A stretch of 64,000 nt of DNA. Origin: Candidatus Bathyarchaeota archaeon (GTDB lineage Archaea > Thermoproteota > Bathyarchaeia > Bathyarchaeales > Bathycorpusculaceae). Positions 13,208 to 22,224 of this stretch are shown here, one piece after another. The first letter of the stretch is position 1, and the number at the start of each line of letters is the position of its first letter. Under the pieces are notes generated by a model that was given only the letters and a program-made list of their open reading frames with translations, was not told the DNA's origin and did not search any database. Where the stretch lies: contig CAVYXJ010000010.1 in NCBI GenBank assembly GCA_963772455.1, positions 402,724-466,723 on the forward strand, written 5' to 3'. The position numbers and the translations under genes are program-made.

Positions 13208-13418
13208 TTATTCGCCCCAGTCTTCACCTTCAATCGTTAACTCTTGAAGATCTATGCATCCACCTCCATCACTTATTTTTTTGACTTCAAGTTCAAGACC
13301 GCAACCTGGACAACTTAGGATTTCTCCTTTTTCCAGATCGTTGGGGACATTTAGTTGGAATTCGCAGTCTGGACATTTAGCATTTGTTTTGTTTATTTGG
13401 ATTTTTTGGGTTAATCAT
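13208..13418 (-). CDS. lysW: LysW/ArgW amino-group carrier protein (one extra A in the 13402-13407 homopolymer breaks the N-terminus)
   Basis: Manual translation ...AKCPDCEFQLNVPNDLEKGEILSCPGCGLELEV...IEGEDWGE*: two CxxC plus the diagnostic C-terminal EDWGE. Missing from the ORF track. Confidence 0.92.
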
Positions 13419-13610
13419 TATTCTTTTCTCTTTTTGATTGTTAATTCTTTAAAGGAAAAGATTTCTTTTAAATATTGTGACATTTATGTCACAAATTATA
13501 CTATTTGTGTTCCATTTGGGACAATAGTACTTTTATCTATTTACTACAGAAAATTATTGAAGTAACTTCAGCAACAACTAAATTATGGTAACTAGATTAG
13601 ATAGCAGGTG

Positions 13611-14679
13611 ATGATGGATTAGGGTAATTTTCCATTTGGATATGGATCATTTTTATACAGCTCTTGAAGAGCGAGAGCACCCAGAAATTAAGGGAAGACC
13701 CGTCATTGTAGGTTCTGACCCAAAAGAAGGAAAAGGCAGAGGAGTCGTTAGCACAAGTAATTATGAAGCAAGAAAGTCTGGAGTGCGTTCAGGTATGCCT
13801 ATTTCTCAAGCATGGCGGCTTTGTCCACGTGCAGTTTATTTGCCGCCGAACTTTCAATTGTACATCAAAGTTTCTGACGAAATCATGGAAATAGCTCGTA
13901 AGTATGCTTGGAAGTTTGAGCAGTGGGGAATTGACGAAGCCTTTTTGGATGTAAGTGACAAGGTTTGGGACTGGACGGGGGCGAAGTTGTTGGCCCTTCA
14001 GATTAAGCAAGAAATTAAGGACAAAGAGGGAATCACAGCATCGATAGGTGTGGGACCAAATAAATTGGTGGCTAAAATTGCAAGCGATTATCAGAAGCCC
14101 GATGGTTTAACCATCGTCAAAGAAGAGGAAGTGGAAAAATTCCTTGATCCCTTACCTGTGCGCAAGTTGCTTTGGGTGGGGCGCAAAACCGAGCCAAAAC
14201 TTAAGGAACTGGGAATAAACACTATTGGCGACTTAGCCAGCTACGACCCAACAAAGCTCTCTTCGATGTTTGGAGCGATGGGTTTGCAGATGCATATTCT
14301 ATCTAAGGGAATTGACAAAAGCGAAGTCGAGGAACGTGTGGGCGTCAAAAGCGTTAGTCACGAAACCACGTTTGAAGAAGATACAGCAGACTCCACAATT
14401 ATTTTTCAAGCATTAGATGCACTCTGTGAAAATGTTTTAAGGGAAACCGTAGATCAACACTTGCTTTTTAAAACTGTAACTGTAAAAATTCGTTATCAAG
14501 GCTTTGAGACTCACACAAGAAGCAAAACCCTACCTTTCTTGACTAACCGTCTTCGCGACCTGCAAAAAACCGCCAACGAATTGCTTTTTACCTATTTACA
14601 AAAAGACCGAAAGGTCAGGTTGATTGGAGTGAGAGTTTCAAGTTTGGTTTCTGGAGAAAAACAGCGTACATTGGTTTAG
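13611..14679 (+). CDS. dinB: DNA polymerase IV (Y family); the start ATG is one base out of frame with RVIFHLDMD
   Basis: HLDMDHFY, STSNYEAR..GV.SGMP, GIDEAFLD, SIGVGPNKLVAKIASD..KPDG, C-terminal VRLIGV. Confidence 0.95.
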
Positions 14680-15227
14680 AGTTCAGTAATTTTTTTGGGT
14701 ACAAGAAGTTTTCCATATTCTTCTTCGCTGGCTACATCGCTCAGTGATTTTCTTGTTCGAACAATATTTAAGAGTTTACTGGAAAGGTCAATGTTGTTCT
14801 CTGGGTATCCGACTGCGAGCATTATTAGGACTTCAAAGTTTTCTGGGATTTTTAAAACGGTTTTAACTTCTTTTTCGTTGAAACTTCCAACACAGCAGGT
14901 TCCTAAACCCAAGCTGGTGGCAACTAAAACCATGTTCTCCATCGCCAATGCAACGTCGATGGCATACCAATCGGGCGAAGCTTTTTTGTCACCGCATGCA
15001 ACAATCACAAGCGGGGATTGGTTAAGGAACTTTGCCCAAGTACCCCCAGACAATGCTTTACGTTTTTCAGGATCAGTAACTGCGATGAAGTGCCAGGGTT
15101 CAATGTTTTTCGCTGAAGGAGCCAGCCGACCAGCCTCCAAAATTTTCTCGAGTTTTTCTCTTTCAACTGGCTTGTCTTGGTAGTTGCGGATTGAATGCCG
15201 TTCCTGAACAGCTTCAAAAACATCCAT
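14676..15227 (-). CDS. Nitroreductase family protein
   Basis: RHSIRNY, APSAKNIEPWHF, LGLGTC, LAVGYP motifs. Confidence 0.92.
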   Translation of the reverse strand: MDVFEAVQERHSIRNYQDKPVEREKLEKILEAGRLAPSAKNIEPWHFIAVTDPEKRKALSGGTWAKFLNQSPLVIVACGDKKASPDWYAIDVALAMENMVLVATSLGLGTCCVGSFNEKEVKTVLKIPENFEVLIMLAVGYPENNIDLSSKLLNIVRTRKSLSDVASEEEYGKLLVPKKITEL

Positions 15228-15327
15228 TTTAAGAGCTTCCTAACTAGAAAATAACCTTAAGTCTAATATTGGTTTTTACCTGTTAGTTTTTTGTTATATT
15301 ATCAAGTAGCGTCTTTTTCTTTGCTGA

Positions 15328-15984
15328 TTATTCTTCATATTTTGTTGGATCAGTGATGCTTGCTTCTTTGAAGGCTTTTTTGCGGTTGTTGCAGGATTCG
15401 CATTTGCCACAGTGTTTGACTCTATCACGATAACAGGACCATGTTAATTCAAAGGGTACGCCTAGTTCCGCGCCATCTTTGAATAGGTCAGATTTGCGTT
15501 TGCCGCTGAAGGGTGCTTGAATAATGATTTCTTCGCAGGTCCCCAATTGGGCAGCTTTCTCGAAGGCTTCGTAGAATTCTCGTCGGCAGTCAGGGTAGAA
15601 GGGTTCATCTGAGCCTTGGGCGCCATAAAAAATTGTGTTAGCTCCAACAGCGACGGCGTAGGCTACTGCTGTAGAAAGGAAAATTGCATTTCGAAATGGT
15701 ACAATGATTGGAGCAGTGAACTCCGAGGTCAAAGGAATTTCGGTATTGCAAAGTGACGTTACATCGTTAAAGATTTCTTTTAAGGCAGAGAGGTCAATAA
15801 TTTTTGTAGTTGTGCCTAATTTTTTGGCGATTTGTTTGGCACATTCAGTTTCTTTTACGGCGATTTGTCCATAGTTGAAGGTAATGGGGTAAATTTGGTA
15901 GCCTTGGTTTTTTGCCCAGTAAGCGACTGTTGCAGAGTCTGGTCCACCGCTAAGAACGATAACACATTTTTTTGGAAGTTTCAT
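15328..15984 (-). CDS. queC: 7-cyano-7-deazaguanine (preQ0) synthase
   Basis: LSGGPDS PP-loop, FNYGQ, VPFRN, YPDCR, TWSCY...HCGKCESC Zn site. Confidence 0.95.
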   Translation of the reverse strand: MKLPKKCVIVLSGGPDSATVAYWAKNQGYQIYPITFNYGQIAVKETECAKQIAKKLGTTTKIIDLSALKEIFNDVTSLCNTEIPLTSEFTAPIIVPFRNAIFLSTAVAYAVAVGANTIFYGAQGSDEPFYPDCRREFYEAFEKAAQLGTCEEIIIQAPFSGKRKSDLFKDGAELGVPFELTWSCYRDRVKHCGKCESCNNRKKAFKEASITDPTKYEE

Positions 15985-16518
15985 TTATTCTGCCTTCTGC
16001 ATTTGTGGTTTCTTGTATTCTCCGAACCATCTTTGGAATATTTCAGTTCTCTTTAATAACTTGAAAATTGGCCATCCGATGAGTACGCTTGCAATGGCGT
16101 TTCCAAGGGCAACGTATGCTATGGTGGGAAGAAGCGGTAGCCCGTAAAGGTAGGATAACATCCAACCGACTGTTGTGCCTAAAACTGCAGAATAAGCTAT
16201 GCAGGTTCCAATTACTGTGAAGTCTTTTTTGATGCGTTTGTAACCGTAGTAGACTAAAAAGGACATGGCAAACGAAGGTATAGTGTTTAGCAAGTCAATT
16301 GGACCTGCTGTTGAGAATATGTTACCAACGAATACTCCAAGTGTGTGACCAAAAACTCCCGCTAAACCAAGTAATGGAACAATAGCGAGCAAAGAGTCTG
16401 CTATTCGAATTTGAATTGGTCCATAAGAGAATGGTCCGAGAACAACAACTAGCGCTGCATAGAGTGCAGCATAAATCGCTATTAGAGCAATATTTTTAGT
16501 TCGTATTTTCAAGTGCAT
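15985..16518 (-). CDS. queT: QueT-family (COG4708) preQ precursor transporter, ECF S-component
   Basis: IALIAIYAALY....PFSYGPIQIRIA motif, 5-6 TM helices; stop codon abuts the queC start. Confidence 0.88.
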   Translation of the reverse strand: MHLKIRTKNIALIAIYAALYAALVVVLGPFSYGPIQIRIADSLLAIVPLLGLAGVFGHTLGVFVGNIFSTAGPIDLLNTIPSFAMSFLVYYGYKRIKKDFTVIGTCIAYSAVLGTTVGWMLSYLYGLPLLPTIAYVALGNAIASVLIGWPIFKLLKRTEIFQRWFGEYKKPQMQKAE

Positions 16519-16592
16519 TTTTCTCCCTACTCCCGGGTTTTATTTTGGTTGGCGGAACGGGTAGGAGAATTCACTCACCCGCCAATTGCCCC
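16519..16592 (-). promoter_or_regulatory. Candidate preQ-type riboswitch in the queT-queC leader
   Basis: TTGGCGG/CCGCCAA stem; loop TTCTCCTAC complementary to the SD region GTAGGGAGAA; A-rich linker AAAATAAAAC; mutually exclusive alternative hairpin. Confidence 0.6.
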
Positions 16593-16661
16593 ATTAATTA
16601 TTTGAGTTGCCTAAAAATGTTGTGAAAGATTTCATCGTAACTTGCGTTTGTTTGGTATATT

Positions 16662-16703
16662 TAAACTAATGTTAGTCAAGAAAGTTTGACTAAACTTAGT
16701 CAA
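16662..16703. promoter_or_regulatory. Tandem palindromic operator-like sites
   Basis: Perfect TTGACTAA-AC-TTAGTCAA (16686-16703) and degenerate TAAACTAA-TG-TTAGTCAA (16662-16679). Confidence 0.55.
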
Positions 16704-16768
16704 GAAACCTTTACGAAAATGCATTTATCAAGTGAAAAATAAAGCATGTCTATAGGAGAGCGAGGGAC

Positions 16769-16939
16769 ATGGCATTAAACCACTATGTAATAAATCATAG
16801 ACTTCTAATACAAATGCAAAAGAAAGGTTGCATTTTTTGCGCCATATGCCACCAACCTATTGTTGAAGGGCAGCGAGTGGCTTCAAGAAAATCTACAGCT
16901 GTACGTCATGAAGAATGTTATCAGAAATCATTTATTTAA
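16769..16939 (+). CDS. 56-aa zinc-finger protein (CxxC...HxxC)
   Basis: Manual translation MALNHYVINHRLLIQMQKKGCIFCAICHQPIVEGQRVASRKSTAVRHEECYQKSFI*; purine-rich RBS upstream. Confidence 0.6.
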   Translation: MALNHYVINHRLLIQMQKKGCIFCAICHQPIVEGQRVASRKSTAVRHEECYQKSFI

Positions 16940-17145
16940 AAATTCGTAGAAACGATAAAAAATGAATTGATAAGACCAATTGCTCCAAACTTGTAATCAC
17001 TGGCAAATTGCATGGATAACCCCGTCGCCAAGCTAACCAGATACCCTTTGCGAAATATTAATTAGGCTCTCGGAAAGATTAGATGATGCTACTTCCTAGT
17101 GGATGTTACATTCCGTGAAACGGAGTTTTAGGGAGAACAAAACCT

Positions 17146-17790
17146 ATGTCACAAAACAATACAACTAGCCAACTAGTCCTAAAAGGCACAACAACAATCG
17201 GCGTCGTCTGCAAAGATGGCGTGATTTTAGCTTCGGACACTCGAGTAACAATGGGATATTACGTTGCACACAAATTCGGCAAAAAAGTTTACAAAATAGA
17301 CGATCACATGGGTATGACCATCGCCGGAACCGTTGCAGACGCACAAAGAGTAGTTGATATATTGACCGCTAATGCGCATCTTTACAAAATTAACCTTGGT
17401 CGCCCAATGCCGATTAGTTCAGCTGCAAGGTTAGTGGCGAACCTTCTGTTTTCAGCTAGATATGTGCCCCTTTCGACACAGGTTTTAGTCGGAGGCATAG
17501 ATGAAACTGGACCTCACGTTTACAATTTAGATCCATACGGAAGTTTAACTGAAGAAAAATCTGTTTCAACTGGTTCAGGATCACTAGTTGCATACGGTAT
17601 TCTTGAAGACAAGTTCCGTGAAGGCATGACTATCAAAGAATTACTTCCAATTATAGCCAAATCTGTTAATGCAGCAATGAAACGTGACGTTGCAAGCGGC
17701 AACAATTACAACATTATTGTAATTGACCAATACGGTTACAAAGAATTGTCAGACAAGGAGAAATCTGACCTTCTCAAAGCAGGAAGTTAA
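17146..17790 (+). CDS. psmB: Proteasome subunit beta
   Basis: Propeptide followed by KGTTTIGV..KDGVILASDTR; STGSGS; RDVASG. Confidence 0.97.
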   Translation: MSQNNTTSQLVLKGTTTIGVVCKDGVILASDTRVTMGYYVAHKFGKKVYKIDDHMGMTIAGTVADAQRVVDILTANAHLYKINLGRPMPISSAARLVANLLFSARYVPLSTQVLVGGIDETGPHVYNLDPYGSLTEEKSVSTGSGSLVAYGILEDKFREGMTIKELLPIIAKSVNAAMKRDVASGNNYNIIVIDQYGYKELSDKEKSDLLKAGS

Positions 17791-17795
17791 GGACT

Positions 17796-19730
17796 GTGGC
17801 TAGAACACAAGAAAAACGAACGCAAGACAAAGATAAAATTGAAATTAGCCAATATATTCTTGAAAAAGTCCCCCGTGAAGCAGAGGTAACTAGAATTGAA
17901 TACGAAGGTCCAATGCTTGCGGTTTATACTAAAAAACCAGAAATCTTAGTTGATCAAAGCAGCATTGTTGCTGAAATCGTCGGTGTTATTCGAAAAAGAA
18001 TAGTTATTAGACCCGACCCATCCGTGCGCATTCCTGAAGTAGAAGCAGAGAAAATCGCACGTGAACTAATTCCTCCAGAAGCTGAGATAACAGATATTAA
18101 TTTTGACCCAAGTCTTGGCGAAATTATCATTGAAACCAAAAAGCCTGGTTTAGTCATCGGTAGAAATGGCGCTGTATTGCAGGAGATCATTAAGAAGACC
18201 AAATGGCGTCCTCACGTATTGCGAAGTCCGCCGATAAAATCCAAGATTGTTACTCACATGCGTCATTACCTTCATTCAGAAAGCAAGGAACGTGAACGTA
18301 TCTTGCGCACTGTTGGTGAACGCATTTTTAGACCAAAAACCTATGACGTTGGAGATGTTCGAATGACAGTTCTTGGTGGCGCTCAAGAAGTTGGTCGTTC
18401 AGCATTTCTAATAAAAACACGTGAAAGCAGCGTATTGCTTGACTGTGGGATTAATCCAGGTTCGAATAGACCTTTTGAGTCGTTTCCACGTTTTGACTGT
18501 CCCGAGTTCCAGATAGATTCACTTGATGCCGTAGTAATTAGTCATGCCCACCTTGATCACTGCGGTTTAACCCCTTTTCTCTTCAAATACGGTTATGATG
18601 GTCCAGTTTATTGTACTGCTCCAACATCAAATTTGATGACTATGTTGCAGCTTGATTATTTGGATGTTGCCAGTAAACAAGGTGTTACGCCGTTTTATGA
18701 CCAAAAAGATGTGCGCGAATGCGTTTTGCACACTATACCTCTTAGGTATGGTGTGGTTACTGACATTGCCCCCGACATCCGATTGACATTGCATAATTCA
18801 GGTCACATCTTAGGCGGTGCAATGGTTCACCTGCATATCGGTGAAGGTTTACACAACATCGTTTACACAAGCGACTACAAGTTTGCTCGAACAATGCTTT
18901 TAGAAGCTGCGGCAACTGAGTTTCCACGCATTGAGACCGTGATTACAGAGAGCACTTACGGTGGAACAGAAGATTTCATGCCCTCTAGAGTTGATGCAGA
19001 AGAAGCCATGACAAAAGTCATCAACCAAACTCTAGAACGCAAAGGCAAAGTTCTCATTCCAGTCCCAGCAGTAGGCAGAGCCCAAGAAATCATGCTTATC
19101 ATCGACGGTTACATGAAACGAGGCTTGATGAAAGAAGCTCCAGTATTCATTGAAGGTATGATCAGTGAAGCAACAGCCATCCATACGGCTTACCCAGAAT
19201 ATCTTGGTAGAGAAGTACGCCACAGTATCCTCCACGAGGAAGTTAACCCGTTCCAATCAGATTATTTTACCATCGTTGAACACCCAAGTGTTCGTCAAAG
19301 CATAATTGATGGCGAACCATGCATTGTTCTAGCAACTTCAGGCATGCTTGAAGGCGGACCAGTAATTGAATACTTCAAGAGTTGGGCGCACGACGACAAA
19401 AACACAATCATTTTTGTCAGTTACCAGATTGAAGGAACCATGGGCAAACGTGTACAAAAAGGCGTTGGGGAAGTAACCATGATGGATAACGAAGGCAAAA
19501 TGGCAGCAATATCCGTCAAGATGCAAACAGAATCAATCGAAGGTTTTTCAGGACACTCTGACAGACGCCAACTCGTAAACTACTTAACTCACTTAACACC
19601 TAAACCGGAACGAATCTTTGTTGTGCACGGCGAAAAACAGAAAACAATGAACTTCGCCAACTTCATGGATGCTAAAGCAGGCATACACACAGTTGTTCCA
19701 GCCATTCTTGAAACCTATAGGCTACTATAA
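17796..19730 (+). CDS. fttA: beta-CASP ribonuclease aCPSF1 / transcription termination factor FttA
   Basis: N-terminal KH domains, LGGAQEVGRS, SHAHLDH, ESTYGG, FSGHSD; conserved synteny with psmB. Confidence 0.96.
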   Translation: MARTQEKRTQDKDKIEISQYILEKVPREAEVTRIEYEGPMLAVYTKKPEILVDQSSIVAEIVGVIRKRIVIRPDPSVRIPEVEAEKIARELIPPEAEITDINFDPSLGEIIIETKKPGLVIGRNGAVLQEIIKKTKWRPHVLRSPPIKSKIVTHMRHYLHSESKERERILRTVGERIFRPKTYDVGDVRMTVLGGAQEVGRSAFLIKTRESSVLLDCGINPGSNRPFESFPRFDCPEFQIDSLDAVVISHAHLDHCGLTPFLFKYGYDGPVYCTAPTSNLMTMLQLDYLDVASKQGVTPFYDQKDVRECVLHTIPLRYGVVTDIAPDIRLTLHNSGHILGGAMVHLHIGEGLHNIVYTSDYKFARTMLLEAAATEFPRIETVITESTYGGTEDFMPSRVDAEEAMTKVINQTLERKGKVLIPVPAVGRAQEIMLIIDGYMKRGLMKEAPVFIEGMISEATAIHTAYPEYLGREVRHSILHEEVNPFQSDYFTIVEHPSVRQSIIDGEPCIVLATSGMLEGGPVIEYFKSWAHDDKNTIIFVSYQIEGTMGKRVQKGVGEVTMMDNEGKMAAISVKMQTESIEGFSGHSDRRQLVNYLTHLTPKPERIFVVHGEKQKTMNFANFMDAKAGIHTVVPAILETYRLL

Positions 19731-19753
19731 GCTAAAATAGAAACTTTAGAAAT

Positions 19754-20338
19754 TTACGCTGATGTAGGTAAAGGACTACTGGAGACCGGTGCAGGCGATT
19801 TTTCTCGCCAAATCCGTATAGTTTTTGGGCAAATAACTACTCGTTCTTCACCTAGTCGTGCAATGTCGCCGCCTATCGAATCAGAAAATTCATAGAGATC
19901 ATTTACTGCGGTCTTTACGTCTTCTATGCTTTTACTGGCGAGCGGAGTTACTCGTAAAATGATGATGTTGCCGTTTTTGACTTCGGTTTTTATAGTTTCA
20001 ATGTCGGATAGTTCACGCAAAGGCATTGCTTTTAAGTATGTTTTGTTTGGAGTTTCGGGTTTTTGTTCCGCGGGTGGTTGAGTGATTTCTTGTTTTTGCT
20101 CGACAGTTGGTGCAATGTTTTCTTGCGTTTGCTCTTGGACAAGTGAAGGGGCTTGTTGCGGTAGCTCTTGAGTCGATACTAAAGGTTCTTCTTTTGTTTC
20201 TTGAACGGGTGCAATGGGTTCTTGCGGTGATTCAGTCTCAATCGGAGCAGGAGCTTCTACTTTGGGTTCTTCTTGAGGAGGCACGGCTGGGTTTTCTTGA
20301 TCTGTATGTTTCTTTTTGCGGAATAGATTGAAAGGCAA
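19754..20338 (-). CDS. sepF: Cell division protein SepF (archaeal type) with long Pro/Glu/Gln linker
   Basis: N-terminal amphipathic PFNLFRKKK; C-terminal EVKNGNIIIL...IGGDIARLGEERVVICP. Confidence 0.85.
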   Translation of the reverse strand: MPFNLFRKKKHTDQENPAVPPQEEPKVEAPAPIETESPQEPIAPVQETKEEPLVSTQELPQQAPSLVQEQTQENIAPTVEQKQEITQPPAEQKPETPNKTYLKAMPLRELSDIETIKTEVKNGNIIILRVTPLASKSIEDVKTAVNDLYEFSDSIGGDIARLGEERVVICPKTIRIWREKSPAPVSSSPLPTSA

Positions 20339-20508
20339 TTTTTTCTCCCCTAAACCCTCTATTATTGATGCTTTAACAGTTAAGCGTTTCTTCCCTTTAA
20401 CTTTGACACAGAGCTTCAGTTTAGATTTGTTGGTACAAGAATATTTGATTTGTGCTAGAACTTTCTTTACTTTATGATTTTCTTAGCTAAAAGGTTCGCA
20501 AACAAGGT

Positions 20509-20862
20509 TTAAACAAAGAGAATTATAAGATTATTTACTATAACGATGAAAAGGAAAATCATTAAGCCTAAATAGACTACTTTCATCAACATGCTTGAGT
20601 ATCTGAATGACTTGCTTTCTTTATTTAGAGTTTTGTTTAAGCTTCTTTTAGCTAAAATATAGGTGAAACCTATCAGGAAAGTTGCTGAAATTTTTACGAC
20701 TAAGAACGCAATAATGTTTGTGCTGACAATGCCCGTCATTAATGGATTCAACTCTGTAGCTCCAAAATAGAGAACTCCAATAACAGTCGTTAGGCAATCG
20801 ATGGAACCCATTAGTATTAAAATGAAACTTGGAAATACATCTGACTTTATCCCGTAATACAT
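20509..20862 (-). CDS. Small membrane protein (DUF5658-like)
   Basis: D.LTT..G...GA.ELNPLM motif with 3 TM segments. Confidence 0.65.
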   Translation of the reverse strand: MYYGIKSDVFPSFILILMGSIDCLTTVIGVLYFGATELNPLMTGIVSTNIIAFLVVKISATFLIGFTYILAKRSLNKTLNKESKSFRYSSMLMKVVYLGLMIFLFIVIVNNLIILFV

Positions 20863-21150
20863 CGAAGCCTTCTCCTTCTCCCTGCTTCCCCTTTTTTCTC
20901 AAACATGTTTTGCTGTCAATGCATAAGAAGTAAATTACTGAACTCGATATATTCCTGATTCAAAAACAGCAAAAAAGCTCTCTTCAACGAGGCTTAATAC
21001 ATAATAGTGCATACACCAAAATAAACTTTTCCAATCTAAAAAAAGATATTCTTTTGCCAGTCGTTCTAAAATGACTGGTTGAAAGTCTCTGGTTTATGCG
21101 CATAAGCCTTATATTTTAAAGGGTTAACCTCTTTTGCTGAAGGATCCACG

Positions 21151-22224
21151 ATGCACAAAAGACTTTTGATTCCTGGTCCAACAGAAGTTAGCCAAGAAAT
21201 CCTAAGAGAACAGACTCAACCAATGATTGGTCACCGAGAAAAAGAGTTTGCCGAGTTTTACGGTGGAATAACAAGTAAACTCACCAAATTTTTCGAGTTG
21301 AAAGAAGACTGTAAACCCACAGTAACCACTTCTTCGGGAACATTATGGTTTGACATAATAGGTAGAAGCATCGTGAAACAAAAAGCGTTAGTGTGTGTTA
21401 ACGGCGCTTTCTCTCAGAGATGCGCGCAAACTATCGCCTCCTGCGGTAAAACAGCAGACATCTTAGATGTTGAATGGGGCAAAGCTGTTACGCCTGAAGT
21501 GGTTGCAGCTAAACTTGATGGTGGCAACTATGATACCTTAACAGTTTGCCATAATGAAACATCAACAGGCGTTAGAAGCCCAATTGCGGAAATTGGAGCA
21601 ATGGTGCACAAAGAATACCCGGAGGTTATTTATGCAGTAGATGCGGTTTCTTCAATGGCAGGCGATAAAACTTTACCCAGTGAAATCGGCTGCGACATCG
21701 TTTTCGGATCGACACAAAAATGTTTTGCTCTACCCCCAGGGTTAGCAATTGCCCTTGTCAATGATTGCGCAATTGAGCGAGCTAAACAAGTTCCAAACAG
21801 AGGAGCTTATACCGATCTTATAGACATTTTCGAGTTTGAAAAGAAACATCAAACCCCCTTCACCCCAAACATTTCACTTCTATACGCCTTAAACAGACGA
21901 ATGGACCTTTTACTTGAAGAAACTTACGACAAGGTATACCAACGTCATTTAGACATGGCAAACTTCACCCAAAAATGGGCAAGAAAACATTTTGCTATGT
22001 TCCCAGAATCTGGATCTGAATCAATTACAGTCAGCTGTATCCAAAATACCCAAGCCAAAAACGTAAAAGATCTAAACCAAAAACTCGCTGAAAAAGGATA
22101 CATGATCTCAGGTGGATACGGTAAACTGGCGGAAAAAACTTTCCGAATCGGGCATATGGGCGAATGGAACCTAAGCGGTATCAAAGAAGTCATAGACTTA
22201 ATTGACCAGATATGGGGATTATAA
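21151..22224 (+). CDS. Class V PLP aminotransferase (probable phosphoserine aminotransferase)
   Basis: LLIPGPT, HNETSTG, VDAVSS, STQKC, FRIGHMG; directly upstream of serA. Confidence 0.88.
   Translation: MHKRLLIPGPTEVSQEILREQTQPMIGHREKEFAEFYGGITSKLTKFFELKEDCKPTVTTSSGTLWFDIIGRSIVKQKALVCVNGAFSQRCAQTIASCGKTADILDVEWGKAVTPEVVAAKLDGGNYDTLTVCHNETSTGVRSPIAEIGAMVHKEYPEVIYAVDAVSSMAGDKTLPSEIGCDIVFGSTQKCFALPPGLAIALVNDCAIERAKQVPNRGAYTDLIDIFEFEKKHQTPFTPNISLLYALNRRMDLLLEETYDKVYQRHLDMANFTQKWARKHFAMFPESGSESITVSCIQNTQAKNVKDLNQKLAEKGYMISGGYGKLAEKTFRIGHMGEWNLSGIKEVIDLIDQIWGL

Noticed and set aside
14695-15183. Long antisense or alternate-frame ORFs (also 13254-13565, 37624-38112, 39348-39668 and others)
   Set aside because: They overlap well-supported genes on the opposite strand and have no recognisable motifs.
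17080-17135. GATGATG plus a small hairpin upstream of psmB as a C/D sRNA
   Set aside because: Imperfect box C and no CTGA box D; probably an ordinary 5' UTR.
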